Shown: piece after piece, positions 47,929 to 57,775 of the stretch
Position numbering within the stretch: position 1 is the stretch's first letter
Layout: each line of letters starts with the position of its first letter
DNA from: Candidatus Spongiisociaceae bacterium
GTDB lineage: Bacteria > Actinomycetota > Acidimicrobiia > Spongiisociales > Spongiisociaceae
Length of the DNA: 64,000 nt
Reading direction: 5' to 3'
Assembly (NCBI GenBank): GCA_965219685.1
Contig: CBDCOH010000002.1
Coordinates: forward strand, 2,176,001 to 2,240,000
The notes under the pieces: generated by a model
What the model was told of the DNA's origin: nothing
The model's database searches: none
Seen by the model: only the letters and a program-made list of their open reading frames with translations
Made by a program: the position numbers and the translations under genes

Positions 47929-49460
47929 GGCGCCGATCCGGACTCGACCGTGTCGGCACCGGCCATGCTCAAGCCGAGGGTCTCCAAGTCCGCCTGTTCG
48001 GGGGTGGTCACGGAGACGATCCGACCGTCGTAGATCACCGCGATCCGGTCCGAGAGTTGGAAGATCTCGTCGAGGTCCTCGGACATCAACAGCACCGCCG
48101 CGCCGCGGTCCCGCTCCTCCAGCAATCTGCGCCTGACGTACTCGCTGGCGGAGATGTCCAACCCGCGAGTGGGCTGGTGAGCGAGCAGGAGTTCCGGATG
48201 GCCCGACAGCTCACGGGCCATGATCACCTTCTGCAGGTTGCCGCCCGAGAGGGTGCGGGTGGGCTGCGATGCCGAGGGTGTCCTGATGTCGTAGCCCTCG
48301 ATCGACTCGGCGGCGAAGGCGTCGATGGCGTTCCGGTTGAGGACCCCGCCCCTCGAGTAGGGACCTGAGCGGTGACGGCCCAGCACCAGGTTCTCCTTGA
48401 CCTTGAAGTCCATCAGGAGACCCTGCGCGATCCGATCAGCCGGAACGCTGGCCACCCCGAGCCGGGCGATCCGGCTGGAGGACAACTCGCCGATGTCCAC
48501 TCCGCCGATCCGGATAGTGCCGCTGGACGGCTTCTCGACCCCGACCAAGGCGTCGAAGAGGCCGTTCTGGCCGTTGCCGGAGACGCCGGCGAGGCCGACC
48601 ACCTCTCCCGCGTGGACCGTGAGGGAGAGACCCTTGAGAGAGCCCCGACCGGTGACGCTCTCCAGATGGATTTCGTCCACCTCGAGAACCGGACCGCCGG
48701 GATGCGACCGCTCCTTGTCGAACTGGAACAGCACCTCGCGTCCCACCATCATCTGGGCCAGGTCCCGCATCTCGACATCGGCGGTGTTGACGGTGCCGAC
48801 CACCTTGCCGAGCCGCAACACCGTCACCCGGTCGGACAGCTCCATCACCTCTTTGAGCTTGTGGGTGATCAGGATGATGGTCAGGCCGTCGTCCCGCATC
48901 CGGCGAAGGGTGCGGAACAGCTCCTGCACGCCCTGGGGCGTGAGGACGGCGGTCGGCTCGTCGAGGATCAGTACCTCCACACCGAAGTAGAGCGTCTTGA
49001 AGATCTCGACCCACTGCTGCTCCCCGACAGACAGGCGTCCGACCTCCGCGTCGGGATCGATCTCCACGTCGTAGTTACGGAAGAACTCGTTGAGCCGGTC
49101 GCGAACCTCCGACAGGTCGAGCCACTGGCTGGCCCCGGTCCCGATGACCACGTTCTCGACCACCGACATCGGAGGTACCAGCTCGAAGTGCTGATGCACC
49201 ATTCCGATACCGGCCGCAATGGCGTCCCTCGGGGTCTGGAGCTCCAGTAACTCGTCGTTGAGCCGGACAGATCCCTCGTCGGGGCGGTACACCCCGTAGA
49301 GAATGTCGGCCAGGGTGGTCTTTCCGGCCCCGTTCTCGCCGAGAACGCAGTGGATCTCACCGCGGTAGATGTCGACGCTCACTGCGTCGTTGGCGACCAC
49401 CCCAGGGAAGCGCTTGGTTACCCGATCCACAGCCAGGATCGTCTCAGTCACCGAGTTCAC
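47925..49460 (-). CDS. ABC transporter ATP-binding protein (double NBD, CUT2 type)
   Basis: GENGAGKTT, ILDEPT, LSGGNLQK. Confidence 0.95.
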   Translation of the reverse strand: MNSVTETILAVDRVTKRFPGVVANDAVSVDIYRGEIHCVLGENGAGKTTLADILYGVYRPDEGSVRLNDELLELQTPRDAIAAGIGMVHQHFELVPPMSVVENVVIGTGASQWLDLSEVRDRLNEFFRNYDVEIDPDAEVGRLSVGEQQWVEIFKTLYFGVEVLILDEPTAVLTPQGVQELFRTLRRMRDDGLTIILITHKLKEVMELSDRVTVLRLGKVVGTVNTADVEMRDLAQMMVGREVLFQFDKERSHPGGPVLEVDEIHLESVTGRGSLKGLSLTVHAGEVVGLAGVSGNGQNGLFDALVGVEKPSSGTIRIGGVDIGELSSSRIARLGVASVPADRIAQGLLMDFKVKENLVLGRHRSGPYSRGGVLNRNAIDAFAAESIEGYDIRTPSASQPTRTLSGGNLQKVIMARELSGHPELLLAHQPTRGLDISASEYVRRRLLEERDRGAAVLLMSEDLDEIFQLSDRIAVIYDGRIVSVTTPEQADLETLGLSMAGADTVESGSAP

Positions 49461-49496
49461 TCCCCCGAGGTGTTGGATCCATTCCGATGATCGGAC

Positions 49497-50678
49497 CTAC
49501 TCGATCGGATCGGTCTTCAGTTCAACCGTGAGAAGCCCGTTCAGTATCGCCTGCTCGGCCTGCGCGACGCCGTCCCGGACGTCGGCGGGAACCAGGTCAC
49601 TGATCTCGCCGAGCGCGGACCCGCCGTCGACCATCGAGGTGTAGACGATCCGCTCCATCGGGGCGTCGTAGGGAACGCCCTCGGTGGTGTAGGCGTACCA
49701 GGCGTCAACAAGGTCCATGAAGGCGGCGTCCCAACGGGCGACCGCGCTGGTGAGCACTATGTCGGAAAGGCCCAACTGGTCGGTGAAGTGACCGAAAGCC
49801 AGGACGTTGCCTGCCTCCTCGGCGGCCGCGAACGGGCCGAAGCGCTCGGCATAGATCATGTCGGAACCGGCCGCGATCTGGGCGGCGGCCGCCTCCTGGG
49901 CGGTGGCCGGGTCGAACCAACTCTCGATGTAGGCCACATCGAAGGTGATCTCACCCTTGCCCAACTGCGCGGCCGCCGTCCTGGCTCCGTCTATGAAGGC
50001 ATGGAGCGGACCGTTGACGTTGGGGAACGGGAAGGCCGCCACACCGCTGATGTGGTTGGTCTGGGTCATGGCCCCGGCGATGAGCCCGGCCAGGAAGGCC
50101 GGCTCGTGGATGAAGACGTCGATCCAGTAGCCGTTACCTCCCGTGGGCTCGTTGCCGGATCCGGAGAAGGCGAACAGGATGTCCGGGTAGTCGTCCTTGA
50201 CCGCGGCGACCGCATCCGAGTAGGTGCTGTGGGCCACGATGATCTCGTAGTCACCTGTCTGGGCCAGGTCCCGGATCACGCGCTCACCGTCGGCGTAGGG
50301 GATCTCCTCGATCTGCTCCAGGGTGACCGTCAAACCGTGGGGCATCTCGTCGGCCACCCGGTGGACCGAGTCGATGAAGGTAGCGTACCAACCCTCTTCC
50401 TTGGTACCCAGCATGATCATTGCCACGTCCAACTCGGTCGGGCCCATCGGCTCCTCTTCTGCGGGCTCCTCCATCTCGGCCTCTGTGGTGGCCGGGGCCG
50501 CCGTGGTATCCGGTGCGGCGGTGGTAGCCGGCGCCGCGGTCGTGGTCGGGGCCGCGGTAGTCGTCGGCGCCGCAGTTGTAGCGGCCGGCTCGTCGTCGCC
50601 ACAGGCCCCGGCGATCATTGCCAGAGCTATGAAGGCCGCAGCCAACGTAAACGCCCGGCGTTCCCTGAATCTCCTCAT
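49497..50678 (-). CDS. BMP-family ABC substrate-binding lipoprotein
   Basis: IAGAC lipobox, about five TTAAP repeats, HEPAFLAG, FPFPNVN, ESWFDPA. Confidence 0.92.
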   Translation of the reverse strand: MRRFRERRAFTLAAAFIALAMIAGACGDDEPAATTAAPTTTAAPTTTAAPATTAAPDTTAAPATTEAEMEEPAEEEPMGPTELDVAMIMLGTKEEGWYATFIDSVHRVADEMPHGLTVTLEQIEEIPYADGERVIRDLAQTGDYEIIVAHSTYSDAVAAVKDDYPDILFAFSGSGNEPTGGNGYWIDVFIHEPAFLAGLIAGAMTQTNHISGVAAFPFPNVNGPLHAFIDGARTAAAQLGKGEITFDVAYIESWFDPATAQEAAAAQIAAGSDMIYAERFGPFAAAEEAGNVLAFGHFTDQLGLSDIVLTSAVARWDAAFMDLVDAWYAYTTEGVPYDAPMERIVYTSMVDGGSALGEISDLVPADVRDGVAQAEQAILNGLLTVELKTDPIE

Positions 50679-50855
50679 CGGGACTTCCTCCTCGTTTCGT
50701 CGCTTGTCCTATCGGACCGCGAGATTGCTCCGCCCGGAACTCCGATCTCGAATCGAATTCGTGCTCGAATCTGATCTCGCGCGCGCTAGCACGCACGGTG
50801 CCTTACACGCCCCCTGCACGATAGCGAGATGCGGACGGATGCACATAACAAAGAG

Positions 50856-52460
50856 CTAGGAACTTGAGAGCACCGGCTTACCGCGAATGCGGTACGGGGG
50901 CCACCAGCGGCGCAGACCCAGGTCCTCGACGATCACGTTGGCGGCGTTGTAGCCCGGGCCGAAGTGGATCGAACCCCCCGGATGGCAGGCCGATCCGCAC
51001 ATGTAGAGGCCTTCGATGGGGGTCCGGTAGCCGCTCGCCTCCGGGAAGGGGCGGTTGATCCCCCACTGGTCGTTCGTGTAGGCGCCCTGGCGGCAACCGC
51101 CGCCCACCATGTTGATGATCCGGTTCTGGATATCGTCGGGGGTGTATGCATAGGTTGCGAGCATGTTGTCCCTGGTGAGGTTGGGTGCGTACTCGGCCCA
51201 GCGGGCCCTCATCCGCTCCAACAGGTCGTCCTTGATGTCGTTGTAGGTCTTGGCGCCGTTCTCCAGTTTGTCGGCGGGGGGACCGAACTGCCAGAACAGC
51301 AGCGTGTGCTTGCCGGCGGGCGCATAGGTGGGATCGATCACCGTGTGACAGCATGCGTCGCCACCCAGCGCCGAAGGGACCCTACCGTTGCCGATCTCCT
51401 CCCAGTGCCGGTCCAGTTCTTCGAGGGTGTTGACACCGAAGAAGATCGCCAGCCCCTTGTTGGCCTCCTCCGAGTACTTGGCCGAGTAGTCGGGCGCCAC
51501 CTCGGATGCGGCGTGGAAGCCGAAGAGGGCGGTGTGGTACTCGATCTCCCATTCCCGGCACCGCTCCGCGACCTCGGGCGAAAGGTGCTCCTCCCCCACC
51601 ATCTGAAGGAAGGTCGCCGGGGGGTCGACCGCCGAAGCGACGAACTTCTCGGCGCGGAAGGTCTTCCCTTCGGAGGTGCGGACGCCCACGGCCCTTCCGC
51701 CCTCGATGATGATTTTCTCCACGTGCTCACCGGTGAGGATGATCCCCCCGCTGGCATGGAAGAACGCGGCCAGCGACTGGGCGATCTGGTGGGTTCCGCC
51801 CCGCACGATGCTGAGGCGCGGCGAAGCGGCGTACCGCATGAAGAAGTCGCCCACCCCGGTGGCGAAGTCCGGCATTCCCCGCACGCAGGCGTTCATGGCG
51901 ATCCAGGTCTTTAGACGGTCGCTCTCGTACAGGTAGTCGAGCACCTCCCTGCCGCTCATGTCGCACATCTTCTGGTACTCGGCCCGGTCCTCGTCCCCGA
52001 GACCCACTCCCCGCTCGGAGGTCGGTTTGGGAGGTGCGTAGAACTCCTCCTCGACCTTGGTGAGGAACCGGTGGTACAGGTCCTCCATCGTGTCGAGGTC
52101 GGCCTTGGGGATCACGTCTTTGAACTGTTGGTAGGTGCGCTGCGGGTCGTCGGTGTAGGTGAGGAGTTCGGCGCCGTCCTCGAACAGATACGCCCGCTCC
52201 ACCTCGCCCCGCATCAGCTTGAGGCCGTACCGGTGCAACTCGAAGTCCTGGTGGGGGGGCCCGTAGGACCAGATGAAGTTGGCGTGCAGGTTGTGGTAGA
52301 AGCCCGGCCTGGTGACCTCCTCGGTGATGGTCGCCCCGCCGTACGCCAGCCGCCGCTCCAGAACCAGAACCCGCAGGCCCTGGCGCGCCATGTAGCCACC
52401 CAACGTCAGGCCGTTGTAGCCCCCACCGACAATGATCCCGTCAAAGGTTCCGTCCACCAC
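50856..52460 (-). CDS. Phytoene-dehydrogenase-like NAD(P)/FAD oxidoreductase
   Basis: IIVGGGYNGL, LERR, GGTHQI, YRTPIEGLYMCGSACHPGG; GTG 52460 after GGAGAGGG is preferred over 52508. Confidence 0.88.
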   Translation of the reverse strand: MVDGTFDGIIVGGGYNGLTLGGYMARQGLRVLVLERRLAYGGATITEEVTRPGFYHNLHANFIWSYGPPHQDFELHRYGLKLMRGEVERAYLFEDGAELLTYTDDPQRTYQQFKDVIPKADLDTMEDLYHRFLTKVEEEFYAPPKPTSERGVGLGDEDRAEYQKMCDMSGREVLDYLYESDRLKTWIAMNACVRGMPDFATGVGDFFMRYAASPRLSIVRGGTHQIAQSLAAFFHASGGIILTGEHVEKIIIEGGRAVGVRTSEGKTFRAEKFVASAVDPPATFLQMVGEEHLSPEVAERCREWEIEYHTALFGFHAASEVAPDYSAKYSEEANKGLAIFFGVNTLEELDRHWEEIGNGRVPSALGGDACCHTVIDPTYAPAGKHTLLFWQFGPPADKLENGAKTYNDIKDDLLERMRARWAEYAPNLTRDNMLATYAYTPDDIQNRIINMVGGGCRQGAYTNDQWGINRPFPEASGYRTPIEGLYMCGSACHPGGSIHFGPGYNAANVIVEDLGLRRWWPPYRIRGKPVLSSS

Positions 52461-52495
52461 GCGCGCCCTCTCCGTTCCCGTACTCTGCGGGCTGA

Positions 52496-52514
52496 ATATT
52501 GGTACCATCTATAT
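52496..52514. promoter_or_regulatory. ATAT-N11-ATAT candidate operator
   Basis: ATAT TGGTACCATCT ATAT about 35 bp upstream of the oxidoreductase start. Confidence 0.55.
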
Positions 52515-52703
52515 CTGTTTGTCAAACGATCTATCCGGCCCACACTCGCCCGACTGGTCCCGGAGGACTGGCTGCCCGCGAGCAAGGGTCTTGACCTCAA
52601 CTGGCCGAGCGGATACGTTGACCGTATGGATACGGTAGGGTGTTCGACCGTGCTTACCGGATCACGGGATCACACCCGACGAGCCATGAGGAAGTGAGGC
52701 CCC

Positions 52704-53111
52704 ATGACCATCACAGAAGAGGCCACCGTCGCGGAGCGGGTCGCTCAGGCATTGGAGTTCTTGGACCAGGCAGAGGCCGAATTCGCTACGGGCGACACCC
52801 GCCAGGCCGCCGAGAAGCTCTATGGCGCCGCCGTCCAGGCCGTCATCGCCGCGTCACGCCAGCGCGGCTGGGACTACCAGTCACATCGAGCCAACAAGAA
52901 CGCCGCCCTCCGGCTGGCCGACGAGTACGACGACCCGTTCCTCACGGCCGGGTTCACCACGGCTGAGAAGTTGCACATCCACTTCCATCACGGCGACATG
53001 GAGGACTACCAGATCACCGCCGACCGCTATGGCGTGCGCCGCTACGTGGAGCGCATGGTGAAGTTGGTAGAGGAGTACGAAGCGAACCGAAGGAGGATCC
53101 GAACGAGATGA
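52704..53111 (+). CDS. PaREP1-family (HEPN-like) protein
   Basis: FLDQAEAEFATGDTRQAAEKLYGAA...GWDYQSH...AEKLHIHFH. Confidence 0.78.
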   Translation: MTITEEATVAERVAQALEFLDQAEAEFATGDTRQAAEKLYGAAVQAVIAASRQRGWDYQSHRANKNAALRLADEYDDPFLTAGFTTAEKLHIHFHHGDMEDYQITADRYGVRRYVERMVKLVEEYEANRRRIRTR

Positions 53112-53333
53112 TTGGTTCCTAGACGAGTAGTTCCAAGGGATCTGCACAAGCGACCCTACTCCACGAACGCTATACAACGCTGTAAAACGCATTTATAACT
53201 GGTGTTCCCCTGTTTCTGGACTCGGAGCCCAGGGCTGCCGTTTTGTGAAGAGCCACCCGCAGCGCAAACTTGAGACCGGAAACAGTGCCATGGAGGATGG
53301 CAGATGACTCGACCTAACGTTAACCGTCGAGCA

Positions 53334-53401
53334 CCAACTAGAAACTGCAGACTACCGACTAGGAACTATTCATCTAGGTGTCAGGTACTAGGTGCTAGCC
53401 G
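53334..53401. repeat. Two degenerate heptamer arrays in opposite orientation
   Basis: CCAACTA GAAACTG CAGACTA CCGACTA GGAACTA, then CTAGGTG TCAGGTA CTAGGTG CTAGCCG. Confidence 0.65.
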
Positions 53402-53608
53402 AGATCCATCCCTCGCTAGGGGGGATCTTCATGGAATAGAAGATGGGTGACCGGTGGTAGAGAGACAGACTGCTCCTTTCGGTCCCTGCAGCGACTCCCA
53501 AACCGGACCCGGCGGACTAATACATCAGAGGTGAGTAGATACCTACATCAGAGTAGAGGAAATTCCTCCATTAGTGGGAGGTAATCTACTACATTAGGAT
53601 CCCTGCCG

Positions 53609-54898
53609 ATGCTGGGAAAGACACTACCCCGACACGTTTCGGAGCAGATCGACGAGGCCCGGGAGTGGGCACGAGTCACACTGATCCACGGCCCGCGCCA
53701 GGCCGGTAAGACCACGCTCGCCCGCCAGATCAGCCACCGGTTGGACGGGACATTCGCCACGCTCGACGATCCTGCGATGCTGGAAGCAGCACGTAGCGAC
53801 CCGGTGGGCTTCGTCACCCAGCCGACCCCGCTGGTGATCGACGAGATACAGCGAGCCGGGGATCCGCTGGTGATCGCGATCAAGAGGGCGGTCGACCTCG
53901 ATCCGACGCCAGGTCGATTCTTGATCACCGGCTCTACCAATTTCCTCACCGTACCCACCATCTCGGAATCACTGGCCGGGAGGTTGGCGATCATCGAACT
54001 ATGGCCGTTCTCCCAAGGCGAACTTGCCCGTGCCGACCCGGAGACCTTCGTGAACCTCGCCTTCGAACAGCCTGAGGTTCTTCGCGCCGGGCCCCCCGGG
54101 TTGACCACCCGCGATCAGTACTTCGAATCCATCTGTGAGGGCGGCTACCCCGCCCTGACCAACTTCACATCACGGCAGCGCCGAGGCTGGTACGGAAACT
54201 ATCTCCGCACGGTGGTCCAGCGCGACATCGTGGAGTTGGCCGACATCCGCCGTGCCGACTCCATTGCTCCGGTGCTATCCACTGCGGCCGCGCTGACGGG
54301 ACAGGAACTGAACGTGGCTCGTCTCGCACGTGGCGCGGGCATCGATCCGCGTACCGCCGCCGGCTATCTCTCCTGGCTGGCCACCGTGTTCCTGGTACAC
54401 CGCGTGCCGATGTGGTCCCGCAACCTATCCACCAAGCAGGCCAAGTCTGCGACGCTATACGTGGCCGACAGCGGATTGGCGGCCCACCTTGCCGGAAAAG
54501 ACCCGGTGGCCTTGGCCCGACCTACCGACACCTCCGTCGGCGGGCTGGTAGAGACATTCGTGGTCAACGAGGTAGCCAGGCAACTCGGCTGGAACCAGCC
54601 CGAGGCGCGTCTTCACCACTACCGCGACCATCGAGGCCCCGAGGTCGACCTGATACTCGAGGCTCCTGATGGACGTGTCGTGGCCATCGAAGTCAAGGCT
54701 GCAATCTCGCCCGGTCCCGGGACAGCCCACTGGCTGAAATGGTTGCGGGACCGCCTCGATCTCCTGGGCAACGACTTCGTCCACGGCTTCGTTCTCCACA
54801 CCGGCCCGAACCGTGCAAGCCTCGGTGACCGACTCACCCTGCTTCCCATCGAAGCACTATGGAGTCCCGGCTTCCCGAACCAGCAGAAACGGCGGTAG
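53609..54898 (+). CDS. AAA_14 ATPase with DUF4143 (PD-(D/E)xK-like) C-terminus
   Basis: GPRQAGKTT, IDEIQR, LITGS, ESLAGR, GGYP, DSGL, EVDLILE...AIEVK. Confidence 0.92.
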   Translation: MLGKTLPRHVSEQIDEAREWARVTLIHGPRQAGKTTLARQISHRLDGTFATLDDPAMLEAARSDPVGFVTQPTPLVIDEIQRAGDPLVIAIKRAVDLDPTPGRFLITGSTNFLTVPTISESLAGRLAIIELWPFSQGELARADPETFVNLAFEQPEVLRAGPPGLTTRDQYFESICEGGYPALTNFTSRQRRGWYGNYLRTVVQRDIVELADIRRADSIAPVLSTAAALTGQELNVARLARGAGIDPRTAAGYLSWLATVFLVHRVPMWSRNLSTKQAKSATLYVADSGLAAHLAGKDPVALARPTDTSVGGLVETFVVNEVARQLGWNQPEARLHHYRDHRGPEVDLILEAPDGRVVAIEVKAAISPGPGTAHWLKWLRDRLDLLGNDFVHGFVLHTGPNRASLGDRLTLLPIEALWSPGFPNQQKRR

Positions 54899-54996
54899 AC
54901 GAGCGCCCGCAATCAAAGGGCCATCCTCCGACCGCGTAGCCGCTGCCTCTATCCCCTCTGAGCGCCTACCGACCTCGTGTTCTTGGGCTTCCTCTG

Positions 54997-56094
54997 CTAC
55001 TCAGGCGGGGCGTCGTTGAGTTCCACCACTAGGTCGCCGGACAGGATCTGGTCCCGCGCCTCGAGGACCTTGTCGCGCACGTCCTCGGGAACCAAGGCCT
55101 CGTTGAGCGGAGCGATGTCACCGCCTCCTTGCGGCATGTGGAACATGATCCGTTCCATCGGGGCGTTCATGGGGACGCCGTTGACCATCTGGTCCCACCA
55201 GGCGTCGATCGTCACCTCGATGGCCTGGTCCCACTTGGCCACGGTGCTGGTGAGCACCACATCGGGAGCCAGCGCCTGCACGTCGACCAGGTCACCGACG
55301 CCGTACACCCCCGCCTCCTCGGCAGCCTCGAACACACCGAAAACGATCGCGTAGAGCACGTCGGCGCCGGCGGCTATCTGGGCCGCCGCGGCCTCCTTGG
55401 CAGTCGCCGGATCCCACCAGCTCTCGATGAAGGTGACGTCCCACTCCACATCCGGGTTAACGGATTCCGCCCCGGCTATGTAGCCGTTGATCGGGGCGTT
55501 GACGTTCGGGAACGGGAAGTTGGCGACGATCCCGATCTTGCCGGTCTCGGTCATCAGACCGGCGGCCACCCCGGTGAGGAAGGCGGGCTCGTGGATGAAG
55601 GTGTCGACCCAGAATGCGTTGCTGCCCAGCGGATCGTTCCCTGACCCGGCGAATACGAACAGGATGTCGGGGTAGTCGCCCATCACAGCGGAAATCGCAT
55701 CGCTATAGGTGCTGCTGCCGAAGATCAGTTCGTACTTGCCGCTGGCCGCCAGATCGCGGAAGATCCGCTCGCTGTCGCCGTAGGCGATGTTCTCGAACCA
55801 CTCGGTCGAGATCTCGAGGCCGTAGGGCCTCTTGTCGGCAAGACGGTCCAGCGAGTCCAGCATCGCCTGGTACCACGGATCGTCGATGGGGTTCGGCGCG
55901 ATGAAGGCCACGCGCATCACCGACGGTTCCTCTGGGGCGGGCGCAGCAGTTGTCGTGGGTGCAGCAGTGGTCGCGGGCGCCGCCGTGGTGGTGGGGGCCG
56001 CCGTGGTGGTTGGCGCGGCGTCCTCCCCGCACGCCGCTCCGAGCACGGCGAGAACGAGGGCAAGGCTGAGTAGCGGGCCTCTTAGCAGTCTCAT
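54997..56094 (-). CDS. Orphan BMP-family substrate-binding lipoprotein
   Basis: ATG 56094 after GGGAGG (the ORF-track extension to 57132 is antisense shadow); LGAAC lipobox, TTAAP repeats; paralog of 49497..50678. Confidence 0.9.
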   Translation of the reverse strand: MRLLRGPLLSLALVLAVLGAACGEDAAPTTTAAPTTTAAPATTAAPTTTAAPAPEEPSVMRVAFIAPNPIDDPWYQAMLDSLDRLADKRPYGLEISTEWFENIAYGDSERIFRDLAASGKYELIFGSSTYSDAISAVMGDYPDILFVFAGSGNDPLGSNAFWVDTFIHEPAFLTGVAAGLMTETGKIGIVANFPFPNVNAPINGYIAGAESVNPDVEWDVTFIESWWDPATAKEAAAAQIAAGADVLYAIVFGVFEAAEEAGVYGVGDLVDVQALAPDVVLTSTVAKWDQAIEVTIDAWWDQMVNGVPMNAPMERIMFHMPQGGGDIAPLNEALVPEDVRDKVLEARDQILSGDLVVELNDAPPE

Positions 56095-56174
56095 CTTTGT
56101 TGCCTCCCTGGTCTGGATCGAGTGGCTTGCGCAGGGTGCGTCCGGTCCCATCCGGACCCGCCTTGTTGCACTTT

Positions 56175-56211
56175 GCGATATCACTGTCAGCAATATCGCT
56201 CCTGGCAATAA
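56175..56211. promoter_or_regulatory. ATAT-N11-ATAT-N11-ATAA candidate operator in a divergent promoter
   Basis: GCGATAT-N11-ATATCGC inverted repeat plus a third half-site at the same 15-bp spacing. Confidence 0.6.
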
Positions 56212-56250
56212 TACACTCGGTGTGAACACGCGTAGGAGTGGGGAGCACAT

Positions 56251-57654
56251 ATGAAGGCCGAGCACGACGAGGTTTGCGACCTGTTGCTCACCAACGGGTC
56301 GGTGATCACGGTGGATGACGAGCGACGGGTCCACGAACCGGGATCGGTGGCCATCCGTGGCGACCGGATCCTTGCCGTCGGTCCGCCGAGCGATCTCGAT
56401 CGATACCGCGCGACCAGAGTGATCGATTGCACCGGGAAGGCGGTCCTCCCCGGTTTCGTCGACACCCACACCCACATGTTCCAGAGCCTCGGGCGAGGCC
56501 TGGGCGAGGGCATGCCCCTCTATCCCTGGCTGAGCGACTTCATGTGGCCGTACGCACAGGTGATCAGCCGCCGGGAGGCGTGGGCGGGGGTCAGGTTGAC
56601 GGCACTCGAGGCTGCCAGGGCCGGCACGACCGCCGTGGTAGACGATCACTACGCCCCCACGGACGTCGAGACGACGGTCGGGGTGGCACGGACCATCGAG
56701 GAGGTGGGTTTGCGCGGCGCGGTGGCGCGGGGCATCTTCGGGTCTCCGGCCGAGGTGACGCGCCACTACGACATCCCGGACTACCTGTTCGCTCTGCCGC
56801 CGGAAGAGGAACTCGAGATCACCAGGGCAGCCATCGAAGCCACCTCCGGCCGGAAGGTGGGGGTCTGGCCGGCGCCCGACGGGAACTTCATCGAACGGGG
56901 TCTGATCCTGGATTCGGTGGCCCTCGCCCACGAACTGGACACTCGCTGGCACATCCATTGCTCCGCCCCGCAGTCCGACCCGGATGCCTACGTGTCCTGC
57001 TACGGGGAACGTCCCGTCCACTGGATGAACCGTGCCGGCATCCTCGACGAACGGGCGGCGATCGCCCATGGCGTCTGGTTCGACGACGACGAAGTCTCGG
57101 CCCTGGGCGAGGCAGGCGCCGGTGTCGCCCACTGTCCCACCTCGAACTGTTATATGGCGGACGGCGCCATCCGCATGAACGACCTCCGGTCAGCCGGGGT
57201 GGTCGTATCGCTGGGTACCGACGGATCGGCCTGCGACCACCGCCAGGACATGTTCGAGCAGATGAAGCAGGCCGTATTCGTGCAGAGGCTGCACACCCTC
57301 GACCCCGTTGCGCTGAGGTCGGAAGAAGCGTTGGAGCTGGCCACCCGGGAGGGCGCCCGCTTTCTGGGCATCGACGCAGGCGTACTCGCTCCCGGCAAAC
57401 TCGCCGACATCGCGGTGGTGGATCTCGACCGGGTCCACCTGCAGCCGCTGAATCGCACCATCTCGACGCTCGTCTACGCGGGCCGCGGTTCCGACGTGGT
57501 GATGACGATCGTCGGCGGAGAGGTGATCTACGAGAACGGCGCCTCCACGATGGTGGACGAGGCAGAGGTTATCGCCGAGGCCCGGGCCCGTTCGGCGGAA
57601 TTGATCGAGCGCGCCGGGTTGCACGGCCTGCTCACCCCGTGGAGAAGGCAATAG
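56251..57654 (+). CDS. Amidohydrolase, MTA/SAH / 8-oxoguanine deaminase (AtzA/TrzA)-like
   Basis: PGFVDTHTH, WHIHC, AHGVW, HCPTSN, LGTDG, GKLAD. Confidence 0.92.
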   Translation: MKAEHDEVCDLLLTNGSVITVDDERRVHEPGSVAIRGDRILAVGPPSDLDRYRATRVIDCTGKAVLPGFVDTHTHMFQSLGRGLGEGMPLYPWLSDFMWPYAQVISRREAWAGVRLTALEAARAGTTAVVDDHYAPTDVETTVGVARTIEEVGLRGAVARGIFGSPAEVTRHYDIPDYLFALPPEEELEITRAAIEATSGRKVGVWPAPDGNFIERGLILDSVALAHELDTRWHIHCSAPQSDPDAYVSCYGERPVHWMNRAGILDERAAIAHGVWFDDDEVSALGEAGAGVAHCPTSNCYMADGAIRMNDLRSAGVVVSLGTDGSACDHRQDMFEQMKQAVFVQRLHTLDPVALRSEEALELATREGARFLGIDAGVLAPGKLADIAVVDLDRVHLQPLNRTISTLVYAGRGSDVVMTIVGGEVIYENGASTMVDEAEVIAEARARSAELIERAGLHGLLTPWRRQ

Positions 57655-57775
57655 CACGGGGGGAACCGGCAGGGGCAAGGCCGGGTCGGGGCGACCAAGA
57701 CCTGCCTAAGCCGGATCGAAGCGGCCGTAGCCCGATTCGAGACGGGATGGAGCACCGCGGCGGAGGCCCATCCGA

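Noticed and set aside
50480-50585. TTAAP-coding repeats as a mobile or regulatory repeat
   Set aside because: They are in-frame flexible linkers after the lipobox, present in all four BMP lipoproteins.
56095-57132. N-terminal extension of the 711-aa ORF (apparent fusion to the BMP protein)
   Set aside because: It overlaps the plus-strand amidohydrolase antisense; the signal peptide and RBS place the start at 56094.
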